A stretch of 64,000 nucleotides of DNA from the human T2T-CHM13v2.0 reference genome, Homo sapiens. The notes under the pieces were generated by a model. The model worked only from the letters and a program-made list of their open reading frames with translations, searched no databases and was not told the origin of the DNA. How positions within the stretch are numbered: position 1 is the first letter of the stretch; the number at the start of each line of letters is the position of its first letter. Shown here piece by piece: positions 38,853-51,872 of this stretch. Location: assembly GCF_009914755.1 (NCBI RefSeq), contig NC_060927.1; one strand, 5' to 3'. Both the position numbers and the translations under genes were made by a program.

Positions 38853-40219
38853 ACAGGGACCCGACAAAACACCACCCTCAATCTAAAAAGCCTGAAACTG
38901 TGGCCCAAAGTGAGAACTTATATTTCTGTTTTCCCACTCGAATGTTGCCTTCTCCTCAACCACCACTGGCCCAGCCCCACCCCCATCCTGTGCCTATAAA
39001 TACCCCAGACTCAGCCAGCAGCTAGGACTACAGCTAGACATTGGAGAGAAGCAGCAGCTTGACTTCAGAGTGACAGCTTTACAGTGTAACTACGAAGAAG
39101 AATCCAGCTGGAGAAGGCTGGACTTCAGGGGAAGATTACCTACCCACCCCATCCGCTTTTCAGCTCCCTTTCCCTCTGAGAGTCACTTTCATCAACAATA
39201 AAATCCCCCTCATTTACCATCCTTCAATTCGCTCACAAGGCCTCATTTTTCCTGGATGCCAGGCAAGAGCTTGGGAGCCACGAATGTGGATACAAAAGGC
39301 TGTTACACTGGCCTCTGGCCCTTTGCCCTCACTCGTGGAGGGCAGCTGCCTCACACGGAAAAGCCAAAGGCCCACTGAGCTGTTAACACTTAAGCCGTTC
39401 ATGGAAGGCAGAGCTAAAAGAGCACCATAGCATTCTCTCTGGGGCCTCAGGAGTCACAGACACCCCTGCCTGGATGCTGCCACAGGGCCTGCACAGAGTT
39501 TGCTACTGCCGGTGCCCAAAAGCGGCTGCTCCAGTTCCTGCACCCACTCACCTGCATGCTCCATCCCATGAGGGGAGGAAGGCAGCAGGCCCAAGTGAGT
39601 GGAGTTTGATCCCACTGGCACCAAAGCATTTGGCTGGTTCCAGTGCTCATTCATTCCTGTTCCTGCACTCATTCACTCACCTGCCCCCTCCCTGGAGAAG
39701 TTGAGAGCAGTGGGCTGAGTAAACAAGGCACACCCATCACAAGTCTTAAGAAGGGATCAGGGAAATATCCTGCTTCACCTCCTCTGCCCCAGTCCTGGTA
39801 TTAATCGTATCTTCAATTATCTCTGGTTTCATTTAGTGAAGAATGACACTTAGAAACCAACATCTGTGCATTAAGTATGCTCATTCTTCCTGAGGATGTT
39901 ATTGTGTCTTGCCCTTTTGGTGGACACAGAAATATATGTTTCTGTTGATATCTCCCTTTCCAATATAACCCCATAGTGCTCTTCTTTGCCTTCCTTTATT
40001 CCAACGTCCCTTTCATCACATTGTTTTCCACATCATCACATTTATTAATATTTATTTGCTCAGTCCTACAATGCACACAAAGTAATTTAAGAATTGTTAT
40101 ACTCATATCCCTATCAAAAACAAAAAGCTAGACAACATAAAAAGAATTTGGTTTGCAGTTTTTCCCTCTAGATTGAGGATATCAGTCAAGACTGTATTTA
40201 ATACATAGTTGTAGACACT

Positions 40220-40597
40220 TGTTATGGACTAAATGTGAGTGTCCCCACAATTCATATGCTGAAGCCCCAAACCCAAATGTGATTGTATTAGAAGGTGGGG
40301 GTTTAGAGATTAATTAGGTTTAGAAGAAGTCATGAGGGTGGGATCCTCATAACAGGATTAGTGCCATCCTGGGAGAGCAGAGAACTTGTTCTCAACCTTT
40401 CTCGCTCCCTGCCATGTGAGAACACAGCAAGACGATGGCCGCCTGCAAGCCAGGAAGGGGCTCCTCACTAGGAACTAAATCAGCAGGCACCTTAACCTCA
40501 GATTTCAAAGACGCCAAAACTGTGAGAAATAAATGTCTGTTGTTTTAGCCACCTAGCTTATGGAATTTTGTTATAACAGCTCACGCTGACTAAACCA
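40220..40597 (+). mobile_element. MaLR solo LTR (MLT1A/MST-like)
   Basis: TGTTATGGACTAAATGT...TGACTAAACCA with 5-bp TSD ACACT at 40215-40219 and 40598-40602. Contains 'aactgtgagaaataaatgtctgttg'. Confidence 0.88.
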
Positions 40598-42006
40598 ACA
40601 CTTATAGAAAATCAACCATTCACAAATCTTGGTTCCCCAAACAGCTCATTTTATTATTAAATGAATAAAAGTATGCTTATGGCAATCATATTGTCCAAGT
40701 ATAAACATAGAAAAATACACTTACCATGTAATAAACTGTTTGAAACAATCACTGCCCTGAGAAATCTAGGACAAATGGTATTTTTTGATACACCACAAAA
40801 AATTTAAAGGCAAACTTTAACATGTTGTTTTAGTTGGTATGTCTTTACAGAATGACTTGTTATTGCCACTTCTTTTTATCTATTTTCTGTCTCCCTTACA
40901 AATGTTGTACCAAGTAAATTATACATGAACTAAATAAAATGAATAAGGTAAAATGATAATTTTATTATATGTAAATTACATCTTGATAATTATATAATAA
41001 ACTTAAAGCACTTACATTATTGCTTTGTTTTTTCTTCTAAATGTCCTTATGCCGTTCATTTAAAAGACAGTGGAAATTGTTTCTGTTTGCAGCTAGTCAT
41101 TGGTTTTCTTCTTCCTATTCTTATTTAATTTTTATTTTTGAATATGTAGAAGTTTCCAGAAGTTAAAACTGTACCAAAAATTATAGCCAAAGAAGTGTCT
41201 CTTTCTCCTTTATCCCTTACATTTTGTTCCTCCTGCCAATGCCTTATAAACAACATCTTTGGTTGTTCAGTTTATATCAACTATATTTCTTTTGTAAAAA
41301 TAAGCAAATGTGTGCATGTTTTCTTATTTGCCCTTTTTTCTTACACAAAAAATAGCATGAAATATATGTGTTTTTGTAGTAACCTACTAGGATGAAAGAT
41401 ATTCTACTATGATGCAAGGATTTTTAAGATTACCCATTTGCCTACATTAAACGAATAAAGACACAAGATGAAGAAACTTCTTGTTGAACTATTCTTAAAT
41501 TCTGAAGTCTTCCATCCAGTTACTTAACTCTAATGTCATCTTCAACTACACTTGCTCAAAATCCTCTTAGGTTCCTTAAAGCTAAATCTTCTCTAATTTC
41601 CTGTACTACCCCTTTTTTAATCTTCCCCCAAATCCTGTGTTGTTCTTTAGTTCCCAAGCCCACCTATCTTCTACTTCTCCACTCATCACCCTTATCTCTT
41701 TACCAATAGATTTGTCCTGATTATTAGCTCCCACTCAAACTCGGATGAGGTCATTGTATGGAAATTAAGTCTGACAGGTCTAAAATCAAGAATCATCCTA
41801 TCATTGCCTTATAAATTGTGTATTTTTCAGGATAGTTTCCTGTAACAGCTGACATGGAGTAAATCTCACATCCTAGTTATAATTTTGGGCAGTAGGGAAA
41901 AAAAATTCTGGACAAGGAGCCAGGAGGTATTTCCCTGAGATCCAGTTCTTTCCTCTAACTTGCTTGAATTCCTTAAAGCAAAGTAGCAATCTGGGCTTGC
42001 ATTTAT

Positions 42007-42800
42007 GTAGTAAGAAATTTGGCCTCATCTAAAATAGAAATCTATTCATTACCCTTGCTCTTAGGAGGCAGCCTCTAAACCCTTGTAATTTCCTGAAAGA
42101 TAGGTGTGTCTTTGTTATTGATCGTGGGCCCCTCAATCATACCCAATAGTTTATGCTAACATGGCAACTCATGGTGGAGCCCTAGAAACTTTATACTAAT
42201 GAGGTGACTCAAGCTGAGATCCAACCATGTCACAAAGACCAGTCACGTGATTAAAGCGTTGGAGTTCAGGGCATGGGGATGGGAGGCTAGAGACTGAGTT
42301 CACCCACATAGGCAATAATTCAAATAAATAATCATGTGTATGTAATAACCACCCCCTGCCCCCCAAAAATTCTGGAAACCAAAGCTCAGGTGAACTCCCC
42401 TGTTTGACAATATTCCTTGCATATTGTCACACATCAGTGCTGGGAAGAAAATATGTTCCTGAGGACAATGTAAACTTTGCATTTTGAACCCTCCCAGATT
42501 CTGCCCTATGTTTGCATTTTGAACCCTCCCAGCATCTTTTCATTTGGGTTGTTCTAAGTTACGTTATTTCAGTATAATAAAGCTGCAGTCATAAATATAG
42601 CACTTTCCTGAGTCCTGTGAATTATTCTTGTTAAGTTACCAAACTTGATAATGGTCATCCATAGAAATCCCTGAACTTGTGGCCAGTTTGAAGTGACGGC
42701 GATCCTGAAGACCGATGGATTTGTGGCTGTTGTCTTCAGTTTTGGCAGTATTGTGGGGACTGTCCCTTCTTATTGTACATTTTGCCTAATACTTTGCAAT
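42007..42800 (+). mobile_element. MER21-like LTR
   Basis: 'tgtagtaagaaatttggcc...aacccttgtaatttcctga', 'atattgtcacacatcagtgctggg', 'aaatatagcactttcctgagt'. The right end is approximate. Confidence 0.7.
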
Positions 42801-44165
42801 GCATAAAAAAGAAATTAAAATGTGATCATTGACACTTTTCACAGCCCTAAAACATCAGCTCCATCATTCCATGCTACTTTTCATTTAGATTTCCATTTTC
42901 CCAATATTTTCATTCATTTGGAACCTGAGAAAAACATGTACGTGAAATAATAACACATAATCCACAAAATGCTCATAAAGCATAGTGTAGCTCATGAAGA
43001 TGGAAATGTACCTCCAACAACGGGACAAAGGGTTAGATAAGAGAGGCTTTGCTTCAAAACTATGTTGCCAGTTTATGAATGCCCTAGAGTGGTAAAATGT
43101 GTGCCTTTCAAGCAGGCAATTCCCTGCAAGTGTATGTCTGTTAAACAACACCACCATTGCTTCTCCAAGATTATGAACCTTTAATTATTCCTATTCTAAA
43201 AGCAAGGGTCCATTTTCTGTCTAGTTATGACCTGCTTGTGTTAAACAGTGCCCAAGACCATACTCTGTTCTGCATAATTACCTCACAGTGAAAAGTTAGT
43301 AGATGAAAACAGTGAGATCTGCTTTTTCTCCAAGCAATTCAAAACCTGAAAATTAGATGTCAACATTCACTCAGACCCAGTTCTGTTTGCTGCAGTGCAG
43401 TAATTACTAAATGAAAAAAAAATTAATCCAATATATTTCTTTATTCATTTCCTCATGCCCTCTCTAAACTAGTCCATCATCCAGGCAGAGAAATGAAGCA
43501 CAAAGTGAGAATATGTACTCGACTGTGGGTGGCAGCTATACAAAAGCAAACTTCGCTTTGCAATAATAACAGCCCCCATTCCAGCCCCTGCCCTAAAGCA
43601 AGCTTTGCTGAGATGCCTCCAGGTGGGCTCCATAAAGTTGGGCACATGTCAGGACTCTGAGGATGGCAGTTGCCTAGGGAAAAGAAGGTGAGTAGAAAAT
43701 AAAGTACTAGAATGTAAGAGAAACATCATTGAATTTTTCAGAAAGACTCCTCAAAACCATTTTCCTTAACAAGGCTATAATTATAGCAAGGTTCATGGAA
43801 ATTAAATCTAATTACTAACCCTTTTCAGGTTAATGGGCAGTTTCTAGAAATGAGGAATGAAAAAGAAAAATGACCAGTCTGTATGCAACCAGTATTTCCC
43901 GAAGTTCATTCATTCATTTTTTTCACTTATTCTACGGTATTTATTAAATATTTGCTAAGTTCCAGGCTTGTTTTAGAAACAATGGTACATATTAGTTGGC
44001 TAGATTGACATATTACACCTACAGATCGTGTTAATAATTTATGGACTACTGAACACATAAGCACTCCACAAATGAACAAGCATGGGAAGGGAACTCCTCT
44101 CCCCGCTCCCAGGAAAAAAAAACAGTTAGTTGACCTTCATGCTGGTAATTTTAACAATAGAGAAC

Positions 44166-44444
44166 TTTTTTTGTTTGTTTTTTGAGACAGAATCTCGCTC
44201 AGGCCGGTTGTACGGTGGTGCAATCTTGGCTCACTGCAACCTCCACCTCCTGGGTTCAAGCGATTCTCCTGCCTCAGCCTCCTGAGTAGCTGGGATTACA
44301 GGCATGCACCACCATGCCTGGCTAATTTTTGTATTTTTAGTAGAGGCAGGGTTTTGCCATGTTGGTCAGGCTGGTCTCGAACTCTTGACTTCAGGTGATC
44401 TGCCCACCTCGTCTTCCCAAAGTGCTGGGATTACAGGCGTGAGC
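44166..44444 (-). mobile_element. AluS, slightly 5'-truncated
   Basis: Dimeric Alu. TSD taacaa(t/c)agagaac at 44152-44165 and 44445-44458. Confidence 0.95.
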
Positions 44445-44474
44445 TAACAACAGAGAACCTTCGTTCAATTTCTA

Positions 44475-44787
<313 letters not shown>

Positions 44788-46484
44788 AATTTCCAATCTT
44801 GGGAATAAATAAGGAACTCATTTTTGTGTTTGAGGGCATTTCTATCACATTAGTTTTCTTCCATGAGCTGTCCTTTCTATGTGAGGGCATAGGAAAAAAG
44901 CATGAGGAATATTTCTCTACCCTCTCACTTACTTAAAAAAAAAAAACAAACTCTTTGTAGGCTACCTACAAGAAACAATACAGGTAGAAAAGACAAATAA
45001 TAGTCGTGTTAGACTGTTTTGAAAGCAGAAACTTGAATGCAGAGACCAAGTCTATCTTATTCACTATTTTATGTCCAGTGCCAAATAAAGTGTCTGCAAT
45101 GCGTTAGGAGCTCAATGATCACTTGTGGAATGAATGCATGAATGGGTAAAGGAGATTTAGAGTGTTTTAGAGGGAGGACATGACATAGACGATAGGGAGA
45201 AAAAATATCTGTCTCACCTAACATAAAGCTATTATGTGTCTCTTCCCATAGTAGTTAGAGAAGCAGCTACTTCCCATGAGCCACATTATATAATGAAAAT
45301 TTTATAGGCACTAATAAATTCAAGGCATCTTATTACAGACCTTAGGAGAAAGATATGAAGACAGTCACTTGTAGAAATGTCTTTTATGTAGGTTGACAAG
45401 GCTGATTGAGAGGTTTGTTATTTTCCCAGAGCATTTATCCAAAGGTGATGCTGTGCCTCCCAAGACTCATCAAACTCTCCATTGCTACCCACTTCTGTTG
45501 ATTCAAATGAGAAAAAATAGTTGAGCCAGAAAAAAATTCTAAAATGTATATTTAATGACTTGGCCTTGGACAAATCATTTCCTATTTCCAGGCTTCATTT
45601 TTCTTATTTTCAAAATGAGAGCATTGATGCCAATGATATTTAGAGTCCATTAAAGAATTCCAATTTTTTTTTATTTTTTAAAAACCTGAGTAGAAATTAT
45701 AAAAGTACAAGTATAATTTTTATCTAAATTTCAAGATTATTGTTTGGAAGAGATTTTTAAATGCAGATATTCAAAGTGAAGATTATTATGTGGGTGTTTA
45801 AAAATACCAAACAGCAACTTTTAATATCAAAAATATGGATGTTTGAAATGATACAATAACATCTCACAGAGTTGGGAAGAATGCCTGGCAGAAGTCCTCT
45901 GGATATGACTGAGTGAGCTTTATACTGAAATCTCATAAGGATGAAGAAGAATGTTTATAAAATATCAGAGAACCACAGAACTGATAGATAAAGTAGAAAA
46001 AAGGGTGGAAAGGGGACTTTTCATAAGATTCTCTAAAAATAAAAAGTGACAAACAACACTTATGACTTAAGATATTACAAGTCGATGCACAAAGTATGGA
46101 AAATAAAAAGTAACCTTTACATTTTTAAATACAAGAATTTAAATATGATCTTAAATTTCAGGGTATAAGACCTGTGGCAAGAACGTGGAAATAAAAATTT
46201 CTGATTTGGAGTTGAAACATGGGTGGAAAGAATTTTAGTGATAAAATTAAGATTATTAATCAAAGTGATATTACTATATGTGCATATGTCATTACAGTGT
46301 ATATTACATTGCATTGTAGTCACTGTTCAAATATCAATTTTCTCCACTAGATTGCAAGTTTCATAAGGGCTGAAACTTATTTATCAGGATACTATAGTAG
46401 TTAGAATGTAAAAACTCAATCTTTGTGGAATTAGTGTTAGGTAAGTATTAGCTACTTATCAACTAGTTAAGTAAAATCACAGAA

Positions 46485-46760
46485 CATAGAAAAATATTGT
46501 ATGATTCTACTTGCATGAGATATTTAGAGCAATCAAACACATAAAAACAGAAAGTAGCCAGGAGATAGGGGCAGAAGGAAAAAGAGAGTTATTGTTCAAT
46601 GGATATGAAGTTTCGGTCTTGTAAATTGAAGAAGTTCTGGACATCTGTTGCATAGTAATATGAATATACTTAACACTACTGAACTATATGCTTAAAAATG
46701 GTTACAATGGTAAATTCTATGTTATGTGTTTTTTATCATAATTAAACATTTAAAAATTAT
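46485..46760 (+). mobile_element. L1MB-like 3' end fragment
   Basis: 'tattgtatgattctacttgcatgag', 'aatatacttaacactactgaactatatgcttaaaaatggtta'. Confidence 0.8.
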
Positions 46761-49667
46761 TTTACAAAACCACAAAACATAATCAATAATAAACTACTTG
46801 ACCAAAGAGATCAAAGTCTGTTAAGGATCCAGATGGATCGTTGGTTTTAGAAGGTACGGATTTAATTATTTACTCAGCATAGCTATACATTTTCTTACTA
46901 CAACCACTAGGGGGAAATGTTTAAAGAACGAACAGTATTTGACTGGCTAGACTGTCAAAAGCATCCTAGAAATGTAACTTGGTGCTCAAGAACTCCAGCC
47001 ATCTCACCCTTCCTAAGGAGGCATGGACAATCTTTGTGAATAATGCTCTTCTCATCCTCCACTTCAGTGGCCTCCAGAGCCATGAAGGGCAATGCATCTG
47101 TTTCTAATTCCCTTGTGACAACTGGACTCCCATGTGTGAAATAAGCTGAAACTCAATTAAAGAGGCTGTGGCTCCTGCAATCTTTCATTAAGTCTTTTGG
47201 CAGCAAACACAGCTGCAGGCATTTCTTCTTTTTTGCTCCCCGAAAAGCACCTCCTGAGATTTAATTCTGAATGAAGAGAGATGTAGGAGCTTCCTTAGGA
47301 TCCTGTCCTGAAAAATAACTTCTTGAGTTGAAATTTAGAGAATGTCAATAAGTGACCTCATGCTCTTGTAGGAAGATGAAGAGGAATGGATCTGATTGCA
47401 TTTCCTATAGATACCGTAAAAGAGAAGGGAGGGGCTGAAGGGAGGTGGTAAGTTTGACAGTAATAGTTTTCAGCAGCTCTGACAAGCCAAGAAACTTTAT
47501 CTGTTCATCACACTTTTCCTTCTCTGCTGATTTTAAATGCAAGCCCCTTACTTCAAGCCTGACTGACTTCTCTCTTGATTCAGAGTAATTGGGATCCTCA
47601 GAGGCTTTCCAAAAGGAAACATTTTCTGGTTGTATCATCTCCGGGTGTTAACACTAGATAGTGGTGTGGCTTATGTTCAGTATCTTTGGGAATCACATTA
47701 GGGACTGAGAGTGTTGGGCTGCTGAAACCCAAAAAGCCCACAATGGGGGGAAAACTCACATTGCTAGCTTCTCCTCTCCTACCTAGATCATCACCCATTT
47801 CAATTACACTGTGTAATAGAAACAGGGATACAGTCTGAAATCTTACGGTTCAAAACAATCTTGAAGTATTTCCAATGTCTCCAAACCATGCCACATGCAA
47901 AATCATTAAGTGCACATTGCAATCACATTGATCACTACTTCTCATCATTACAGATGGGGCTTGAAACATCTAGTGTTTTAATGAGCCAGCATGAATTTTA
48001 TGTTCTACTTTTGGTCTGAGAGACAATGTAGCTCCTTTCAGAGATCGATTCCAATGAACTAAAAATTTCAGGTCAGCTTGTTTCCTTTGGGATGGAAGTC
48101 TTATTTTGTTAAAAGGAAAAAGCACAAAAATCCAGATTATTAGGGTAAAGGGAAAAATAATTTTCTATGAAATCTGATGTATTAGGAATTTAGCATGGAC
48201 AATTTAGAGCTCTTTTGCCAACAGCTTTCAATATCTAGCTGCCTCAGCTCTTTTCTTACATTGCCTATATAAAATATTAAAGGAAATATTACTTATAATA
48301 TCCTCCAGTTTCCAGAACATATTTTCTTTGAACTTAGCTGAATGCTTTTCTCTTCACGTATTTAATCACATTTTTCAACACTAATATTCATATGGATATT
48401 ATATTGTGTATATATGATGAAAAAATTGTAGATGTGAGATATCAGTTTCATGTTTAGCTAGTAACACTAAAAGGCAAGACCCGTTGCACTGCTGGACTGG
48501 TGTGATTGTACTCTCCCACCACTCCTTTCCTATTTGTTGTAAGTAGTTTAGTAGAATTGACTAAGATGTCTTCTCTCTGACAATGTTTCTATAAGCCTGA
48601 ATCTTAGAAATATTTCAGAATCAAGGAGGGAATCCGTGATAAATAATACTCCTAGGTTATAGGTCGTGTGAGCACATAGACACAGAATTGTGCATCTTTT
48701 CCCAAAGAAATGCATGTAGAGAGGAAATGGTGTAAATTCTATGTTTTCAGGAGACTGGGGGAGTTTAACGTTGACCCGAAATACCTTTGACTAGGAGCCA
48801 GCTATCCCCAAGTCATTTGCATGGCCATGGCCCTACTTCCCTCTAACTTGGGAAAAGAGGGCTTTGCATTTGGGATGCAATTATCACAGCAATCAATCCA
48901 TCAAAATGTTGTTGTTTTTTTCCTTTAGGAGAATAAAAAAAGGATACAGAAGCTTCTGAGTGAATGTAGGAGCCTTGAAAACCAAAAAACCTGTATCATT
49001 TAGACTTGTCTTGTAGCTTTTGGCCAAAGCTTGCAAACCTTCATATTTTATTTCTTTTTGGCTTCCCCAATCACCATGTGTTCTGATTTTTGCTTCTCTG
49101 GCCAAGTCGATTTATTTTTCTCTCTCTTTTTATTTATTCTCTTATTAAAATTAATTTTTACTTTTACTTTTTCCTTACCCCTCTCTCATTTTTAAGGCCC
49201 CGTTTTAATTAAGGTGGAAATATATAGAAATATTGTGTCTCTTATAGAAACTATGGAAAGAACAGATGCAAAAAATACAGCCCTCAAGACACAGTGTTCT
49301 TATCAATAAGTTTCAGAGACTGTCAGAAAAAAATGACTTAAAAAAACAGACTGCATTTATTTCCTCCTCTACCTTTGCTTGAAAATAGGAGACAATGATT
49401 CCATTTAACAGCAGAAAATTTTCTCTCCCATCTAGCTTTTGGAATGGAGTTCATAATAAAAGCTTAGCTGAAGAATTTGGGGAGAGGGGTGGTGAAGAGA
49501 TAAGGGTAGCAACAATATTTATTTTATAGTCTCTAACCATTAAAGAGGGTGTGTGTGTATCTAGGAGTGTGTGTGTGTATGAGTGTGAGTATATAGCATA
49601 TATGTGCTTGTATCAGACATAGTGAGAGATGGATAGAACTGACAGCTCTAAAAACATCCCTAAATGG

Positions 49668-49791
49668 GGCTGGGCACGGTGGCTCACTCCTGTAATCCCA
49701 GCACTCTGGGAGGCCGAGGTGGGTGGATCACGAGGTCAGGAGATCGAGACCATCCTGGCTAACATGGTGAAACCCCGTCTCTACTAAAAAT

Positions 49792-49825
<34 letters not shown>

Positions 49826-49984
49826 AAAAATTAGCTGGGCATGGTGGCGGGTGCGTGTAGTCCCAGCTACTCGGGAGGCTGAGGCAGGAGAATGGCGTGA
49901 ACCTGGGAGCAGAGGTTGCAGTTGCCACTGCACTCCAGCCTGAGGGACAGAGCGAGACTCCATCTCAAAAAAAAAAAAAAAAAA
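49668..49984 (+). mobile_element. AluY-like element with a (CA)n microsatellite in the central linker
   Basis: Diagnostic 'gatcacgaggtcaggagatcgagaccatcctggctaac' and 'gaatggcgtgaacc'. (AC)n at ~49792-49825. TSD-like atccctaa(a/g)tg on both sides. Confidence 0.93.
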
Positions 49985-50068
49985 TCCCTAAGTGTTGACT
50001 TCCTACCATCAATATGTTTTTTATTTCGGATTATAAAATTATTTCAGAACTCTAAAGTAGGCACCTTG

Positions 50069-50641
50069 TGAGAGAGAAGAAAGGAAGAAATTGGTCAGGC
50101 AGGCAGTTAGGGTGAATCCTTGGTCGAATTCTTTCAAACAAACAAACAGCCTAAAAAGTCAGGCTGCAGGTACAGATAAGGGAAATTGCACAGAGGGGCT
50201 TGCCTAAGACATAGTCATAGCCACACAGATAAGAAAGGCTACACAGGTGATTTGCCCAGACATGCCTGCAATGGAAAATTTTGTTCCCTAACACATGCAC
50301 AGTAAGGGGAACAAAGCAACATGGAGTAACTCAAGCTAAGAGTCCGCATGCACACTAGGAGGATGGGGTGGAGCTACCAGAAATTTGTGCCTTATGCAAA
50401 TGAGACACCCAGCCCTCATTGGTTTCTTATAAAAGCCTCTGCATTCAACTATAAAAATGGCAACCCATTCAGGCCCCCCTCTCTGCTGCAGAGAGCTTTC
50501 TTCTTTCGCCTATTATACTTTCACTCCAGCCTCACCCTCTGTCCGTACTCCTTATTTCTCTTGGTCCTGAGACAAAGACCTCCAGGTGATACCTCACAAT
50601 GTGAGACTGCTACATTGTGGTGCATTGGTGAGACTGTAACA
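50069..50641 (+). mobile_element. ERV1 solo LTR, LTR9-like
   Basis: TGAGAGAG...GACTGTAACA with 4-bp TSD CTTG at 50065-50068 and 50642-50645. TATA-like TATAAAA at ~50428 and octamer at 50394-50401. Confidence 0.8.
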
Positions 50642-51872
50642 CTTGCGTTACTCCCAACCTCCATAGGCATTTCCTTCTTTCCCTCATTGCCCACAGAGCC
50701 ACCACTTCAGCTGTTAACTCAGATCCAATCTATCCTGGCAATGCTAAGAACTATTAAAGTTCTGAAACTTTGCATTAAAATTGGCCTTTCCATTCTTTCA
50801 TGCATGAAGCTTGACTGTTTTCTAAGACAAGCTTGCCCAATGAACTAAGCTGTGTTATAAAGTATAAAACATTGCAATGAAGTAAGATAACTCTAGATGA
50901 TATTGCTGAAATAGACAATGTAGTTTTTACCACCCACCCATATCATCACCAGAATTTCAGTCGAGAGGCTCTAGAATCTGTACTCGACAACAGCAACCCT
51001 GATGGTAAGTTGTGTTGAATACAGTGAATGTGCAAATAGGCCAAGAATGTGTCATGGCTTGCTTGGAAGTGCAATATTACTAATTTGCATATTTTGCAAG
51101 TTATCACTGAGATTTGATGATTTGTCCAAGTAAAGTGGTTAAAAATACAAAGATTAATGGGTTCTTAGTCCATTGCATTTTCTGACATTGTCTGTTGACA
51201 CATCCTAGTATATTTTAATGCTTTTTCACACTTGACATGGCACTACTGTACAATAATTAAGTTCCCATATATTCAGTAATGATTGCTATTTAAACTGATT
51301 AGCCATTGATATGTTCATATCAATTCAAAGAAAACTTGTCTTCTCAAATTAAACAAGCCAACAAAAATTTGACATACTTATTTCACTTAATTTTAAGTAG
51401 AAGAATAGGAACATACTAAGACAATATTCTTGGCATTGATCAGTGTAAATTCATTTTAAATAATAGTTGAGTTTTATACAGTATGTGTACTTAAGTTTTC
51501 TTATATTACCAGAATGAAAAATCAGAATTCATGTGAATAATACTCAATTTACAAAAATGTCCCTGGTAATCCAAAAATAAATTGCAAAATAAATCTGAAG
51601 GACATACAACGCAGATTTACTTCATCTCAGGATATTTACCTTGGCTAAGCAGATCAGATAAGTTGATGCTATTTTACTTGTACATAACTCTTAAGATTAA
51701 AAAAAAAAGTAATTATTTTTCCCAAAAGCATCCCCTAACTGCTTCCCTTCACTCTTCTAAATTCTCCTGAAGATGCTACTATCTCTCAAGTTTCTATGTA
51801 GCCTATTGATGATATCCAAGCTGAATATTCTGACATTTGGGAGACCTGTATATTTGGTTTCCCACCTTGTCA

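Larger units (their letters stand above)
38154..39777 (+). mobile_element. MER52-family solo LTR (ERV1), split by LTR12
   Basis: Starts TGATAGAAACAGG and ends GGAAATATCCTGCTTCA. Flanks cttc/cctc form a 4-bp TSD with 1 mismatch. Contains 'gcccaaagtgagaac' and 'cctataaatacccc'. Confidence 0.8.
37165..40200 (-). mobile_element. Old L1M (L1MC/ME-like) 3' region, host of the nested LTRs
   Basis: 'ttctaattttgaaataatttcaaact'. The sequence 'agactcatacttc' before 38154 continues as 'cctctgccccagtcctgg' after 39777. Confidence 0.65.

Noticed and set aside
46903-46918. CTCF-like motif CCACTAGGGGGAAA (similar partial matches near 11265, 11305 and 30692)
   Set aside because: Each is only a partial match to the core consensus and cannot be supported without ChIP data.
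50348-50848. Longest ORF (166 aa) as a novel protein
   Set aside because: It runs through an LTR into flanking DNA and has no recognisable domain.
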